Source: Eledone cirrhosa (lineage: Eukaryota). From it: DNA of 64,000 nt. How positions within the stretch are numbered: the stretch's first letter is position 1; each line of letters begins with the position of its first letter. The translations under genes and the position numbers were made by a program. Shown in pieces: positions 26,887 to 44,378 of this stretch. The stretch covers positions 256,308,001 through 256,372,000 of the forward strand of contig OZ024742.1 of NCBI GenBank assembly GCA_964016885.1, written 5' to 3'. Below the pieces are notes generated by a model. It saw nothing but the letters and a program-made list of their open reading frames with translations, had not been told where the DNA came from and did no database searches.

Positions 26887-27656
26887 TACCTCATTTTACT
26901 AGTCTCAAGAACGCATCTACACGACGTGAGAAAGAATCCCAAAAGGCGGAGGGGGAGATAGTCACGCGATATAACGTGTCGAGAAACAGAGCTAAGCCTC
27001 TTATAACCTCGAAGAAAATACCACGGAGGCGGAGGGGTATTTATATCGAGGCCGCAGAAGAGGTGGTGAAGAAGGCGAGAAGTATGAGTAATGGAAGCTT
27101 TATATATATATATTGTTTTTATTTATGCCACGAAACTACGTAGTCGAGGAATTTAGGAGCAGTTTAGGTATGATACATTTTATTACTAATTATATCTAAA
27201 TGTTTCTTCTCTCTTCATAATGTATTTTTAACTCTGATACTGGTTCAGTCTAGTTCAACTGAATTGGTCTGTCCCAGTCATTCATTGAGCAACATCGGTG
27301 AAGTTGGCACCCTTAACTCACAGTTGGGTGCGGATGCATTCATGTATATATGTGTGTGTCCAGCATTGTATCTGTGTGTTTCTAAATATATTGTTAATAA
27401 CTCCCTCTGGTCGAGCAATCTTTGTAGTGTGGGGGCAGCTGGAAAGCTTCCATTACTCTTACTTCTCGCCTTCTTCACCACCTCTTCTGCGGCTCGATAT
27501 AAATACCCCCTCCGCCTCCGTGGATATTTTCTTCGAGGTTATAAGAGGCTTAGCTCTGTTTCTCGACCGTTATATCGCGTGACTATCTCCCCCTCCGCCT
27601 TTTGGGATTCTTTCTCACGTCGTGTAGACGCGTTCTTGAGACTAGTAAATGAGGTA

Positions 27657-27744
27657 TCCTCTTGATAAGTCAGCAGACCTCGCAAGGACTCTATATCTTT
27701 ATGATATATTGTTTTTGTTTATGCACGAACTACGTAGTCGAGGA
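27657..27744 (+). ncRNA. Family B hammerhead motif (copy with small indels)
   Basis: TCCTC-TTGATAA-gtcagca...tgcac-GAA-CTACGTAG-TC/GAGGA. One A of GAAA is missing, possibly a sequencing error. Confidence 0.65.
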
Positions 27745-27882
27745 ATTTAGGAGCATTTAGGTATGATACATTTTATTAATAATTATATCTAAATGTTTCT
27801 TCTCTCTTCATAATGTATATATATATATATATATATATATACAATAATATATATATAAATATATATAACAATATATATATAT

Positions 27883-27934
<52 letters not shown>

Positions 27935-27953
27935 TATATATATACAATATATA

Positions 27954-28027
<74 letters not shown>

Positions 28028-28064
28028 ATACAATATATATATATACAAATATATATATACAATA

Positions 28065-28095
<31 letters not shown>

Positions 28096-28169
28096 CAATA
28101 TATATATTATATATATATACAATATATATATATATATATATATACAATATATATATATATACTATATAT

Positions 28170-28201
<32 letters not shown>

Positions 28202-28215
28202 CAATATATATATAT

Positions 28216-28259
<44 letters not shown>

Positions 28260-28337
28260 ATATATATATATATATACAATATATATATATATATATATAT
28301 AGATGTTATATACATTATATATATATATATATATACA

Positions 28338-28380
<43 letters not shown>

Positions 28381-28491
28381 ATATATATATATACAATATA
28401 TATATATATACAATATATATATATATACCTATATATATATTATATACAATATATATATATATACAATATATATATATGTATATATATATAT

Positions 28492-28531
<40 letters not shown>

Positions 28532-28624
28532 ATATATATATATATACAATATATATATATATATACAATATATATATATATATATATATATAGAATATAT
28601 ATATATAATATATATATACATATA

Positions 28625-28665
<41 letters not shown>

Positions 28666-28688
28666 ATATATATATATATATACATATA

Positions 28689-28764
<76 letters not shown>

Positions 28765-28784
28765 GTATATATATATATATATTG

Positions 28785-28835
<51 letters not shown>

Positions 28836-28874
28836 GTATATATATATATATATTGTATATATATATATATATAT

Positions 28875-28930
<56 letters not shown>

Positions 28931-29074
28931 GTATATATATATATATATTGTATATATATATATATATATATTGTATATATATATATATATATTGTATATA
29001 TATATATATATATTGTATATATATATTGTATATATATATATATATATATATTGTATATATATATTGTATATATA

Positions 29075-29157
<83 letters not shown>

Positions 29158-29275
29158 ATATATATATATATATATACAATATATATATACAATATATATA
29201 TATATATATATACACTATATATATATATATATACAATATATATATAATATATACAATATATATATATATATATAC

Positions 29276-29309
<34 letters not shown>

Positions 29310-29340
29310 TATATATATATACAATATTATATATATATAC

Positions 29341-29406
<66 letters not shown>

Positions 29407-29418
29407 ATATATATATAT

Positions 29419-29460
<42 letters not shown>

Positions 29461-29623
29461 AATATATATATTATATATATACAATATATATATACAATAT
29501 ATATATATATATATACACTATATGTATATATATATACAATATATATATATATATATATACAATATATATATATATATACAATATATATATATATATATAT
29601 ATACAATATATATATATATATAC

Positions 29624-29700
<77 letters not shown>

Positions 29701-29727
29701 ATATATATATGTATATATAATATATAT

Positions 29728-29777
<50 letters not shown>

Positions 29778-29795
29778 ATATATATATATTTATAT

Positions 29796-29835
<40 letters not shown>

Positions 29836-29956
29836 ATATATATATACAATATATATATATATATATATATATACAATATATATATATACAATATATATAT
29901 ATATATATATATATACAATATATATATATACAGTATATATATATATATATATATAT

Positions 29957-29996
<40 letters not shown>

Positions 29997-30076
29997 CAAT
30001 ATGTATATATACAATATATATATATATATATAATATAATATATATATATATATATATATATACAATATATATATAT

Positions 30077-30118
<42 letters not shown>

Positions 30119-30211
30119 ATATATATATATATATATACACAATATATATATATATATATATACAATATATATTATATATATATATACAATATATATATAT
30201 ATATATATACA

Positions 30212-30242
<31 letters not shown>

Positions 30243-30319
30243 ATATATATATATATATATATACAATATATATATATATATATACGATATATATATATAT
30301 ATACGATATATATATAATA

Positions 30320-30352
<33 letters not shown>

Positions 30353-30367
30353 ATAAATATATATATA

Positions 30368-30400
<33 letters not shown>

Positions 30401-30410
30401 ATATATATAT

Positions 30411-30449
<39 letters not shown>

Positions 30450-30525
30450 TATATACAATATATATATATACAATATATATATATATATATATATATCTAT
30501 ATATATATATACAATATATATATAT

Positions 30526-30561
<36 letters not shown>

Positions 30562-30581
30562 ATATATATATTTATATATAT

Positions 30582-30649
<68 letters not shown>

Positions 30650-30650
<1 letters not shown>

Positions 30651-30845
30651 GTTATTCCGGTTGAATCGGAGGTAACCACAGTAAGTAAGGTACTCAATAC
30701 ATAGCAGAGTATAAAAGTTTTAATATAGATGAGATTCTACAGGACTAGAAATGTTTCATTCTTTAAAAATCATCAAAGATTCCTGATGATTTCTAAAGAA
30801 TGAAACAGTTCTAGTACTGTAGAATCTCATCTATATTAAAACTGA
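30650..30845. mobile_element. Family A unit, copy 5 (intact HHR 30777-30827, plus strand)
   Basis: AGATTC-CTGATGA-tttctaaagaat-GAAA-CAGT tctagt ACTG-TA/GAATCT. Confidence 0.85.
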
Positions 30846-30866
30846 TATATATATATATATATATAT

Positions 30867-30954
<88 letters not shown>

Positions 30955-31096
30955 ATATATATATATATATATATATACAATATATATATATATATATATA
31001 CAATATATATATACAATATATATATATATATACAATATATATATATATATATACAATATATATATATATATATATATATACAATATATATATATAC

Positions 31097-31146
<50 letters not shown>

Positions 31147-31162
31147 ATATATATATATATAC

Positions 31163-31208
<46 letters not shown>

Positions 31209-31302
31209 ATATATATATATACAATATATATATATGTTATATATATATATACAATATATATATATATATATACAATATATATATATGTATATATATATAT
31301 AT

Positions 31303-31342
<40 letters not shown>

Positions 31343-31536
31343 ATATATATATATATATACAATATATATATATATATATATATATACAATATATGTATAT
31401 ATATATATATATACAATATATATATATATATATATATACAATATATGTATATATATATATATACAATATATAATATATATATATATATACAATATATGTA
31501 TATATATATATATACAATATATATATATATATATAT

Positions 31537-31576
<40 letters not shown>

Positions 31577-31645
31577 ATATATATATATATATATATACAA
31601 TATATATATATATATAATATACAATATATATATATATATATATAT

Positions 31646-31691
<46 letters not shown>

Positions 31692-31721
31692 ATATATATA
31701 CAATATATATATATATATAAT

Positions 31722-32977
31722 ATATTTAGAAACACACAGATACATGCGGACAGACACATATATACATGAATGCATCCGCACCCAACTGTGAGTTAAGGGT
31801 GCCAACTTCACCGATGTTGCTCAATGAATGACTGGGACAGACCAATTCAGTTGAACTAGACTGAACCAGTATCAGAGTTAAAAATACATTATGAAGAGAG
31901 AAGAAACATTTAGATATAATTAGTAATAAAATGTATCATACTAAACTGCTCCTAAATTCCTCGACTACGTAGTTTCGTGGCATAAACAAAAACAATATAT
32001 CATAAAGATATAGAGTCCTTGCGAGGTCTGCCGACTTATCAAGAGGATACCTCATTTTACTAGTCTCAAGAACGCATCTACACGACGTGAGAAAGAATCC
32101 CAAAAGCGGAGGGGGAGATAGTCACGCGAAATAACGGTCGAGAAACAGAGCTAAGCCTCTTATAACCTCGAAGAAAATACCACGGAGGCGGAGGGGGTAT
32201 TTATATCGAGGCCGCAGAAGAGGTGGTGAAGAAGGCGAGAAGTATGAGTAATGAAGCTTTATATATATATATTGTTTTTATTTATGCCACGAAACTACGT
32301 AGTCGAGGAATTTTAGGAGCAGTTTAGTATGATACATTTTATTACTAATTATATCTAAATGTTTCTTCTCCTCTTCATAATGTATTTTTAACTCTGATAC
32401 TGGTTCAGTCTAGTTCAACTGAATTGTCTGTCCCAGTCATTCATTGAGCAACATCGGTGAAGTTGGCACCCTTAACTCACAGTTGGGTGCGGATGCATTC
32501 ATGTATATATGTGTGTGTCCCGCATGTATCTGTGTGTTTCTAAATATATTGTTAATAACTCCCTCTGGTCGAGCAATCTTTGTAGTGTGGGGCCAGCTGG
32601 AAAGCTTCCATTACTCATACTTCTCGCCTTCTTCACCACCTCTTCTGCGGCCTCGATATAAATACCCCCTCCGCCTCCGTGGTATTTTCTTCGAGGTTAT
32701 AAGAGGCTTAGCTCTGTTTCTCGACCGTTATATCGCGTGACTATCTCCCCCTCCGCCTTTTAGGATTCTTTCTCACGTCGTGTAGACGCGTTCTTGAGAC
32801 TAGTAAAATGAGGTATCCTCTTGATAAGTCGGCAGACCTCGCAAGGACTCTATATCTTTATGATATATTGTTTTTGTTTATGCACGAAACTACGTAGTCG
32901 AGGAATTTAGGAGCAGTTTAGGTATGATACATTTTATTAATAATTATATCTAAATGTTCTTCTCTCTTCATAATGTA
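31722..32977. mobile_element. Family B element, second copy (HHRs at 31958-32047 minus and 32816-32904 plus)
   Basis: Near-identical to 26562-27817. Predicted cleavage sites at 32304 and 32899 are 595 nt apart. Confidence 0.85.
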
Positions 32978-33048
32978 TATATATATATATATATATATAT
33001 ACAATATATATATATATATATATATACAATATATATATATACAAATAT

Positions 33049-33097
<49 letters not shown>

Positions 33098-33107
33098 ATA
33101 TATATAT

Positions 33108-33197
<90 letters not shown>

Positions 33198-33234
33198 ATA
33201 TATATATATATATATACAATAATATATATATACA

Positions 33235-33307
<73 letters not shown>

Positions 33308-33362
33308 ATATATATATATATATTAGATGTATATATACAATATATATATATATATATATACA

Positions 33363-33397
<35 letters not shown>

Positions 33398-33514
33398 CAA
33401 TATATATATATACAATATATATATATATACAATATATATATATATACTATATATATATATATACAATATATATATATATATATACAATAATATATATGTA
33501 TATATATATATACA

Positions 33515-33553
<39 letters not shown>

Positions 33554-33711
33554 ATATATATATACAATATATATATATATACTATATATATATATATATA
33601 CAATATAATATATATATATATACAATATATATATATATATATATATACTATATATATATATATATACAATATATATATATATATATACAATATATATATA
33701 TATATATATAT

Positions 33712-33755
<44 letters not shown>

Positions 33756-33812
33756 ATATATATATATATACAATATATATATATATATTCTATATATATA
33801 TATATATATATA

Positions 33813-34012
33813 NNNNNNNNNNNNNNNNNNNNNNNNNNNNNNNNNNNNNNNNNNNNNNNNNNNNNNNNNNNNNNNNNNNNNNNNNNNNNNNNNNNNNNNN
33901 NNNNNNNNNNNNNNNNNNNNNNNNNNNNNNNNNNNNNNNNNNNNNNNNNNNNNNNNNNNNNNNNNNNNNNNNNNNNNNNNNNNNNNNNNNNNNNNNNNNN
34001 NNNNNNNNNNNN
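33813..34012. other. Assembly gap (200 N)
   Basis: Run of n. Confidence 1.
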
Positions 34013-34026
34013 TTTTTAACTTAATT

Positions 34027-34060
<34 letters not shown>

Positions 34061-34124
34061 CGGCGATGAATTAGTTTTGTGAGATTTTTAATATGAAATC
34101 GTGTGTCGAAACAGATATTGTTAT

Positions 34125-37712
<3,588 letters not shown>

Positions 37713-37869
37713 TAAGATCCCGTTCAGGGTGAAAGCAGCGATTCTTTGCTTAAACTTTAATCTGTTATTTTAATAAATATTTGCTCTACGGCTCTTATAT
37801 ATTTGATATATATTTATCCTTATCGAGCCCTCTTTGGATTTTAGTCTTCGAATTTATTATTATTACTAT

Positions 37870-37918
<49 letters not shown>

Positions 37919-38002
37919 TATAAATATATATATATATATATTAGAAAGTGAGTTTTTTTTACAAAATGAAAAATAACCGAGGTGTCCTACACGAGTGAAA
38001 GT

Positions 38003-38299
38003 ATAAAGAAAAAGAGATGAAATCGAAAATGCAACTGGAGTCTTATTTTTTTTTTAAATATATATATTTATTTGGTTCCTTTACCAGTTTTGCACTTTTT
38101 CTGCTTTTCAAAAGGTGAGTTGAGATGGAGGGTCTGTGGTTTTTCTCACATATGTGAGAAACACCACAGACCCTCCATCTCAAATCGCCTTTTGAAAAGC
38201 AGAAGAACTGCGAAACCGATAAAGGAACCAAATAAATATATATATTTAAAAAAAAATAAGACTCCAGTTGCATTTTCGATTTCATCTCTTTTTCTTTAT
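38003..38299. repeat. About 300-bp near-perfect palindrome carrying HHR-like motifs in both arms (family G)
   Basis: Centre cacatatgtg near 38152. The right arm at 38188-38225 reads CCTT-TTGAAAA-GCAG aagaa CTGC-GAAACCGATA/AAGG. Confidence 0.85.
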
Positions 38300-38461
38300 A
38301 TATATATATACTTTAATATGTCATTTTAATATATATATATATATATACATACATATGTATACAATATATTAATAAATGGAAACTATATTTATTAATCCAT
38401 AATATTTTTATTATATATATTTCAAGGGCAACCAAGGTAAATTATGGTGCGTTTATATATG

Positions 38462-38542
<81 letters not shown>

Positions 38543-38570
38543 TTATATGTATATATATATATTTATATAT

Positions 38571-39088
38571 AAGTATGTATACGTACATACAAATATGTAT
38601 ACAGACGTACAGTAGTATGTATATATATATATACATACATGCACACATATATATATATGTACGTATGGATTCACCGAACATTTATTATAATGCTCGGTGT
38701 GTTTGTAAACACACATCCCGAATTAAGCCGTAGTGTCTAGTAACCATCGTTGCTCATTTGTTCAACACTGATAAAGGAACGCTGTACAAGTTTCAAGCTT
38801 ATTAGCTATCGTCTGCAACGAATACTTTCCTTCCAGTTGGTTGAACGTCTGAAAGTATATAATTTCCGTATGCATATTAACGGCTGAGCAGCCTAATTTG
38901 CATATCGAATGAGTTAATCGGCCGGGGTACCGAAAACGATAAACGGAAAAAATGAAATGTGTGCATGTATGTATATATATATACATACTACTGTACGTCT
39001 GTATACATATATGTATGTACTTATACATACTTATATTTAAGTAACAGCCGTACTAAGAGTGACAAATGAAATTTCATTTTTTCCGTTT
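38571..39088. mobile_element. Family D element, diverged copy with a short inverted arm (HHR 38780-38820 minus, mutated core CAGACGA)
   Basis: Homologous to 59551-60988. Confidence 0.8.
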
Positions 39089-39141
39089 ATATATATATAT
39101 ATAAGCGTGTATGTCAATATTTATTTATCAAACAAATTTGT

Positions 39142-39205
39142 ATTTTATCTGATGAAAGCGCACCATAATTTGCCTTGGTTGCCCTTGAAATATATATCAT
39201 AAAAT
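39142..39205 (+). ncRNA. Type I hammerhead ribozyme (family E)
   Basis: ATTTTAT-CTGATGA-AAGcGCACCA taatttgcct TGGtTGCcCTT-GAAA-TATATA-TC/ATAAAAT. Stem I 7 bp perfect. An inverted partial copy lies at 38345-38454. Confidence 0.88.
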
Positions 39206-39274
39206 TATTACGGTTTATAAATATAGTTTCCATTTATTAATATATTGTATACATAAGTATATATATAATGAATA

Positions 39275-41625
39275 ATTGAACAGGGACAGAACAGAGAGGC
39301 AGTACTATAAATGTTTATTAAATTCACGCTCAGGAGAGTGGGGGGTAGGTGGGGGACGACGTTTCGGGCATAAGCCCTTCTTCAGGTTAGAAGTGTGTGG
39401 GAACAGAGTTCAAAAGTTGTGTAGGGGAGTGGTGGAGAGACATATACCGAATGGAAACGGTGCGAATGAAAAATTAACAAATAAAGACAAAAAATATAAT
39501 AAATAATAAATAAAAAATAAATAAAAATAAAGCATGATCAAAATACAAGGAAAGAGAAAATTTAAAAATAAAGGCATGATCAAAATAAACTTAAATTAAA
39601 AGGGGGGTAAACAGGTGGTGGAAGGGTGTGGGGTGAGTAGGGTGGTGGCGGGTGGAGTGGGGAGAGGGAGACGGGGTGTCCGAGCGGGGAGGGCTGAAGG
39701 TGGTATGTGTGGTTAGGTGTGCGTGTGTGTGTGTGTGTGTGTGTATGTGAAAGTGAGGGTTGGGGGAAGAACGGGGTTGCATGTTCAGGAAGGTGTGTGT
39801 GGGGGGTGTTTTTGTGGGTCGGAGTGTCTGTGCGTGTGTGGATAGGGGGGTGGGGGGAGAGGAATCAGGAGGCTGAGGGTGTAAATATGTGGTGGGAAGC
39901 ACGTGTGTGTGGTTTAAGCGTGTTGTGGGTGTGGGTGGCGTGTGGATAAAAAAAAAATTGGGGGGGTGTGTGTGTGGGTGAGTTATATAGGTGATGGGGT
40001 AAGAGGATGGTTGAAAAGTTGGTAAGCTCCACGGATGTTTGGAGATTTTGGTTAGAAGTCAATATCGCGTGTGGGTAATCCAAGAAGCGGTGGTCGGAAG
40101 AGGAGAGATGTGGGGTGCGCGCGCAACAGGAAGTGGTCAGCAGTGGGAGTGCTGTGTGGTCAGTTGGTGCTGAGACAGTGGTCGGAAGGGCATAGCAGCA
40201 GTCGGCAGAATGGTAGGGAGGCGAGGATGGGTAGGTGTGAGAGTTGGAGTGAGGAGGGTGTGTGTGTGTGTGTGTGTGTGTGTATTAGTAGGGGTGTTAG
40301 TGGGAGGAGTGAGTGTGGAGCGGGGAGAGAAGGGTGTGTGTGGTTCTATGGAGGGAGTGTGGTGTACTGGTGTGTGTGTAGTTTGGTGAAGAGGTGTTAG
40401 TGGGTGTTAGTATAGGGGGGTGGGGAGGGGTGGAATGCAGGTGTGAGTGGGGGTAGGTGGGGGTAGGGTGTGTAGAGTTGGTGGTGTACGAGGGTGTGTG
40501 GGTATGTGTGCGTGGGGTTAGAGGGTGCTAGTGATGTTAGTTGCGTGTGGGGTGGGTGGTGTAAGTGGGTGCGTGTGTGCGTGTGATAAGGAGGGGGAGG
40601 AGAAGAGGGGAGGGAAGGGATGTTAGTATGTTAGTTGGGGAAGGGTGGTCAGATGAGGGGTGGAGTGGAGGTGTTAGTATTGTTAGTGTGGGGTGGGCGG
40701 TGAAAAGGAGGGGTGTGTTAGTGGTGTTAGTGGGGGATAAGTGTGGGGCGAGGGGGGCGGTCGAACGCTAAAGGAATAAGGGTGGGGAGTTCAGGCCGGG
40801 GGGAGTGTGGGTCTGTAAGATGAAGATAGTGCGTTGTTCGACCGTAAGGCCATGGGCGGGTGTTCCGTGGCACTGGAGTAGGCCACAGACTGTGAGATGG
40901 CGTGCGGAGTGTCCAGGGCCACCAAAGTGGCGGGCGATGGGGGAACTGCCCCCGAGACGAATATCCCGGAGGTGCTCCGTGACTCGGTCCGCCAGGCGAC
41001 GTCCCGTCTGTCCGACATAAGTCGCGCTGCACTCCGTGCAACGAAGTCCGTAGACTAGGTTGGAGGAGGTGCAGCGGAAGGCATGCCGGACCGTGAGAGG
41101 GTGGCCGTTGGGACCCTGGAAGGTGCTGGTGTTGGTGATGTGGGGACAGGTGTTGCAGCGGAGCCTAGAACAGGGGAAGGAACCGGGGGGGACCCGGAGC
41201 GTGGGTTGGGGGGTAGGGAGCTGTGAACGAGGAGGGTGCGGAGATTGCGTGCGCGTTTGAAGGAGGGGAGTGGTGGGGTTGGGAAGATGTGGGAGGTGGA
41301 GGAGTCGGACTGGAGGCGTCGGAAGAGGCGGCGGATGGTGCGGTGGAGGGGTAAGGGGGGGTGTGAGGGTGGTGGAGCGGGGGATAGCACGGGCGCGGGT
41401 GAGAGCGGTGTGGACGAGAGAGGTGGGGGTAACCTCTGCGGATGAAATGGCTGACTAGGGAAAGGGCCTGGGACTCGAAGTCAGCATCTCGGCTACAGAG
41501 GCGGCGGATCCTGAGAAGTTGGGAGTAGGGAATGGAGAGTTTAGTGGGGGTGTGGTGGGAAGAGGTGAAGTCGAGGTAAGAGTGGGAGTCGGTGGGTTTG
41601 AAGAAGGCGGAGGTGACGAGGGAGC
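39275..41625 (-). mobile_element. 5'-truncated Neptune-like Penelope-like element (RT thumb, Cys linker, GIY-YIG, long C-rich 3' UTR)
   Basis: Minus strand reads FFKPTDSHSYLDFTSSH...SIPYSQLLRIRRLCS, FKRARNLRTLLV, PCSRLRCNTCPH and CTSSNLVYGLRCTECSATYVGQTGRRLADRVTEH...PPGLN. Stop at 40768. Confidence 0.9.
39358..39385 (-). ncRNA. Minimal HHR-like core in the Neptune-like pLTR (family F)
   Basis: CTGAAGA-aGGGC ttat GCCC-GAAACGTC. Stem I is only about 2 bp, so it may be non-functional. Confidence 0.65.
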
Positions 41626-44378
41626 ATTAAGAGAAGGATATTATCTAGGTATTTACGACCGTTTCATTGGTAAGTGCAAACTTATATTGCTATACTGCAA
41701 ATAGCAGCCACTCAATTATTGTTCACAGTCCAAATTTTCAAAAATAGTAAGTTACTCTTGAAATAATTCTTAATTTATAGAGAAACACATTTATTTGGAA
41801 TTGTATTTACTAGTATAGAGAGAGAGGAATCAGGTGAGGGGACAAACGGAATCGTATAGAGAGAGAGGAAGAGGGAAGAGGTAGGAAGTAGAGTGACAAA
41901 CTGAGATGGCGGGAGGGGTGGAGGTGAAAGGATTCCTTGGTCAGTTTTGATAGCAGACTTCATGTCGTGGAATGTAGTGAGTTAAAGAGAATTACATTCA
42001 TCATAGTGGCAGGGATGGAGAGAGAGGGAGAGAGAGAGGGGGAGATATAAAGAGATAAATGTATATATATATATATAAAATAAAGATAAAGATAATAAGG
42101 ACAAAAATAAAAGCAAAGAAGGGGGTGAGAAAGAAGAAAAGAAAAGATAGCCAAGAAGGGGAGGGAAGGAAGGAAGAAAATGAAGAAATAGAAGAGGAAT
42201 GAGGCAGAAGAGAGGGATATATGTATTGCTTTTGTGGGTAATTAAAAGGGTTTAGATACAACTAAAGGGTATAAAGTCTAAGTATATGCAGTTTGTCGGT
42301 TGGTAGTAAGAGGTTAAGGGTTCGATTTGTAGTGCGAAAACTTCTCTTTGAGTCTATGGTTACAATAAATAGATCTTTCGATTATATTTCTGAGTAACTT
42401 ATTCTTCGAACTTAAGATGTGCAACAGCTCAAGGTCGCATAATCGACAGCTTCTCATACCACTCCGATATGGGCGCGCGTTCGATAATTGTTTCCACTTC
42501 AGGGTGTATTGATGGTTGCTTTGCCTCAGTTGCTAGGTCTAGTTTGCAAGGGTAGTTACATAACGGTGCTGGGAATGTTTCATTGCTTAACGGTGTGTAT
42601 ACCAACGGGCTTTAAATGTATTCCCAGTCGCTACGATGTTATACCATTTCTGGTTGTCTGATTCCACTGTGCATTGGTAAACCAGATTAGACTGCATACA
42701 TTAATTATGTAATGGACAGGTTTCAGGTAGGTGGCAGTTACATTTCCTGTCATGGGCAACTTTGGCATTATTTCTGGGCTGCGATGCCTGTACAAGTGTG
42801 TTAAGTTGTGTTTGCCTATTAGCGGGTTGTTGTGTATTAGATATTCTGTTGTGTTCGGTGGTAATTGTATTGTTATTGTTGTAAATTTGTGTTTTGTTTT
42901 GTTATGTATCTTTTTAGCGTTAAGCATCTTAATGTGTGCCTCTATATTTCGTGCCGTGGAGTAAAATAGTCTAATAGATTGTGTTAAGGATTTTGCTGTA
43001 TATATGTGAATCTGGAAAGTGCTTATTTATTATTCTAAAGAAGATAGAGGGTAGGTTAGTACTGATAGAGGTGTTAAATATGGGGTTATACCAAATATAT
43101 GTTCTACTGCGTGACTTGTTTGATTTCGATGTTGTATTTCTATTTGCCGTATACTTTGCAGTTCTATGCGTAAGTGCGTGTGTGCGTGTGTTACCGGAGT
43201 TTGTGTTATGCGTGTTCGTGTGCGCTTCACGGAGGCTTTCATCTATATATTCCACTCTATCTAAGTGGCCTGCCTTGTCTAATGCGGTATTGTAGTATTC
43301 TGCATGTTCTTCGAAGATTTGTTGGTTAGACGAAAGGCGGGAGATCGTAAGGGATATGCTTCGTGGAATGGATTTAATTATGGATAATGGATGGTTTGAG
43401 TTACAGTTGATGTATGCTAAGTTTTCATTAATCTTGTGAAAAGGTCGTATTTAGGTTAAGCGTCACGTCTAGAAAGTTAACTGTTTTAGTGCTATACTCA
43501 TACGTTATGCTAAAGCCTAGTTTTCCGAGAGTCATTCTAATATTCTTACGGAGTCTTTCTATGCTCTGGTTATTTAGGTTCTTAACTAGGAGAAGGGCGT
43601 CGTCTTTGTAGATTCCACCGTGAAGGTCGCTAAACTCACTTTGTAAACTATGGGCTATGTAAATACCTACTAAATTGAGCCGAATTGTTAGCTCCCATCG
43701 TGTTTAAGTTATTTAATCTATCCTTACGTTCCCAATAGGCGTTTTCAAATTTAATTATAATTTTCCTAGCAGCTAATATGATTTTTATCTCGTCGTCTGT
43801 TATGTCAGAATTGGTTTTGGCGAATGCTAAGGCTTTATACAAGTTGTTGGGGGATATAGATGAGTAATAATCGTTAATGTCAAATTGTGTAAATTTAGAT
43901 GCTACTTTGTTAGCTATATTGTTAAACCACTTAATTGTTTCGGTAGCGTTACCCATAGTTTAATCACTAGTTTATTCTTCATTTGTGCTATAACTCTGTC
44001 TAATATATATTTACTAATTTTCCCGATGTCCGATTTGGATGAGCATATAAGTCTAATTGTGGGGTTATAATCAAAATTTACCTTGTGGTCCTTGAGGTTA
44101 CATGTGGGGGTACATGGCCTAAGTGGCTCCGTTCTGTCGTCTATTCCTAGGTGTTTGACTATATTGTGTGCCTCGTTGTTGATGTTTATCAGTGTCGCCT
44201 CATTTGTTTTTTTGTATTTCCTATGTAATTCCTTCCGTATGAAGCTATTGTATGTATTAACATCCATCGTATACACATTTGATGTTTTGTCCGCTTTGAC
44301 AATAATTCCATTGGTGGTTGGCAGCTTTTTTAGGAATGTATTTATGTCATTCTGGAGTTTATTATTCCTCCGCTTTTT
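41626..44378 (-). mobile_element. Naiad-like Penelope-like element, 5'-truncated and disrupted
   Basis: Motifs KADKT, LKDHKVNFDYNPTIRLI, IGKISK, WFNNI, FTQFDINDYYSSIS, MGANNSAQ, GIYKDDAL (43599-43610) and IWYNPIFN. These are followed by a CNC..CP..C GIY-YIG domain with a CxLC...CNH tail. Confidence 0.88.

Larger units (their letters stand above)
26562..27817. mobile_element. Family B retrozyme-like element: inverted permuted arm (26562-27101) plus a 1.2-mer arm (27110-27817)
   Basis: The right arm has a direct terminal repeat of about 105 bp and predicted cleavage sites 594 nt apart (27145, 27739). The left arm is a reverse-complement, circularly permuted copy. Confidence 0.85.
21120..33812. 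repeat. Very large interrupted (TA)n array, (TA)nCAA-type, hosting non-coding HHR elements
   Basis: TA runs are punctuated mainly by CAA (sometimes CGA). Short blocks have the opposite TTG polarity. The array ends at the assembly gap. Confidence 0.95.

Noticed and set aside
21394-30845. Palindromic repeated units separated by variable sequence, superficially CRISPR-like
   Set aside because: Units are about 195 bp, spacers are TA microsatellite, there are no cas genes, and the context is eukaryotic.
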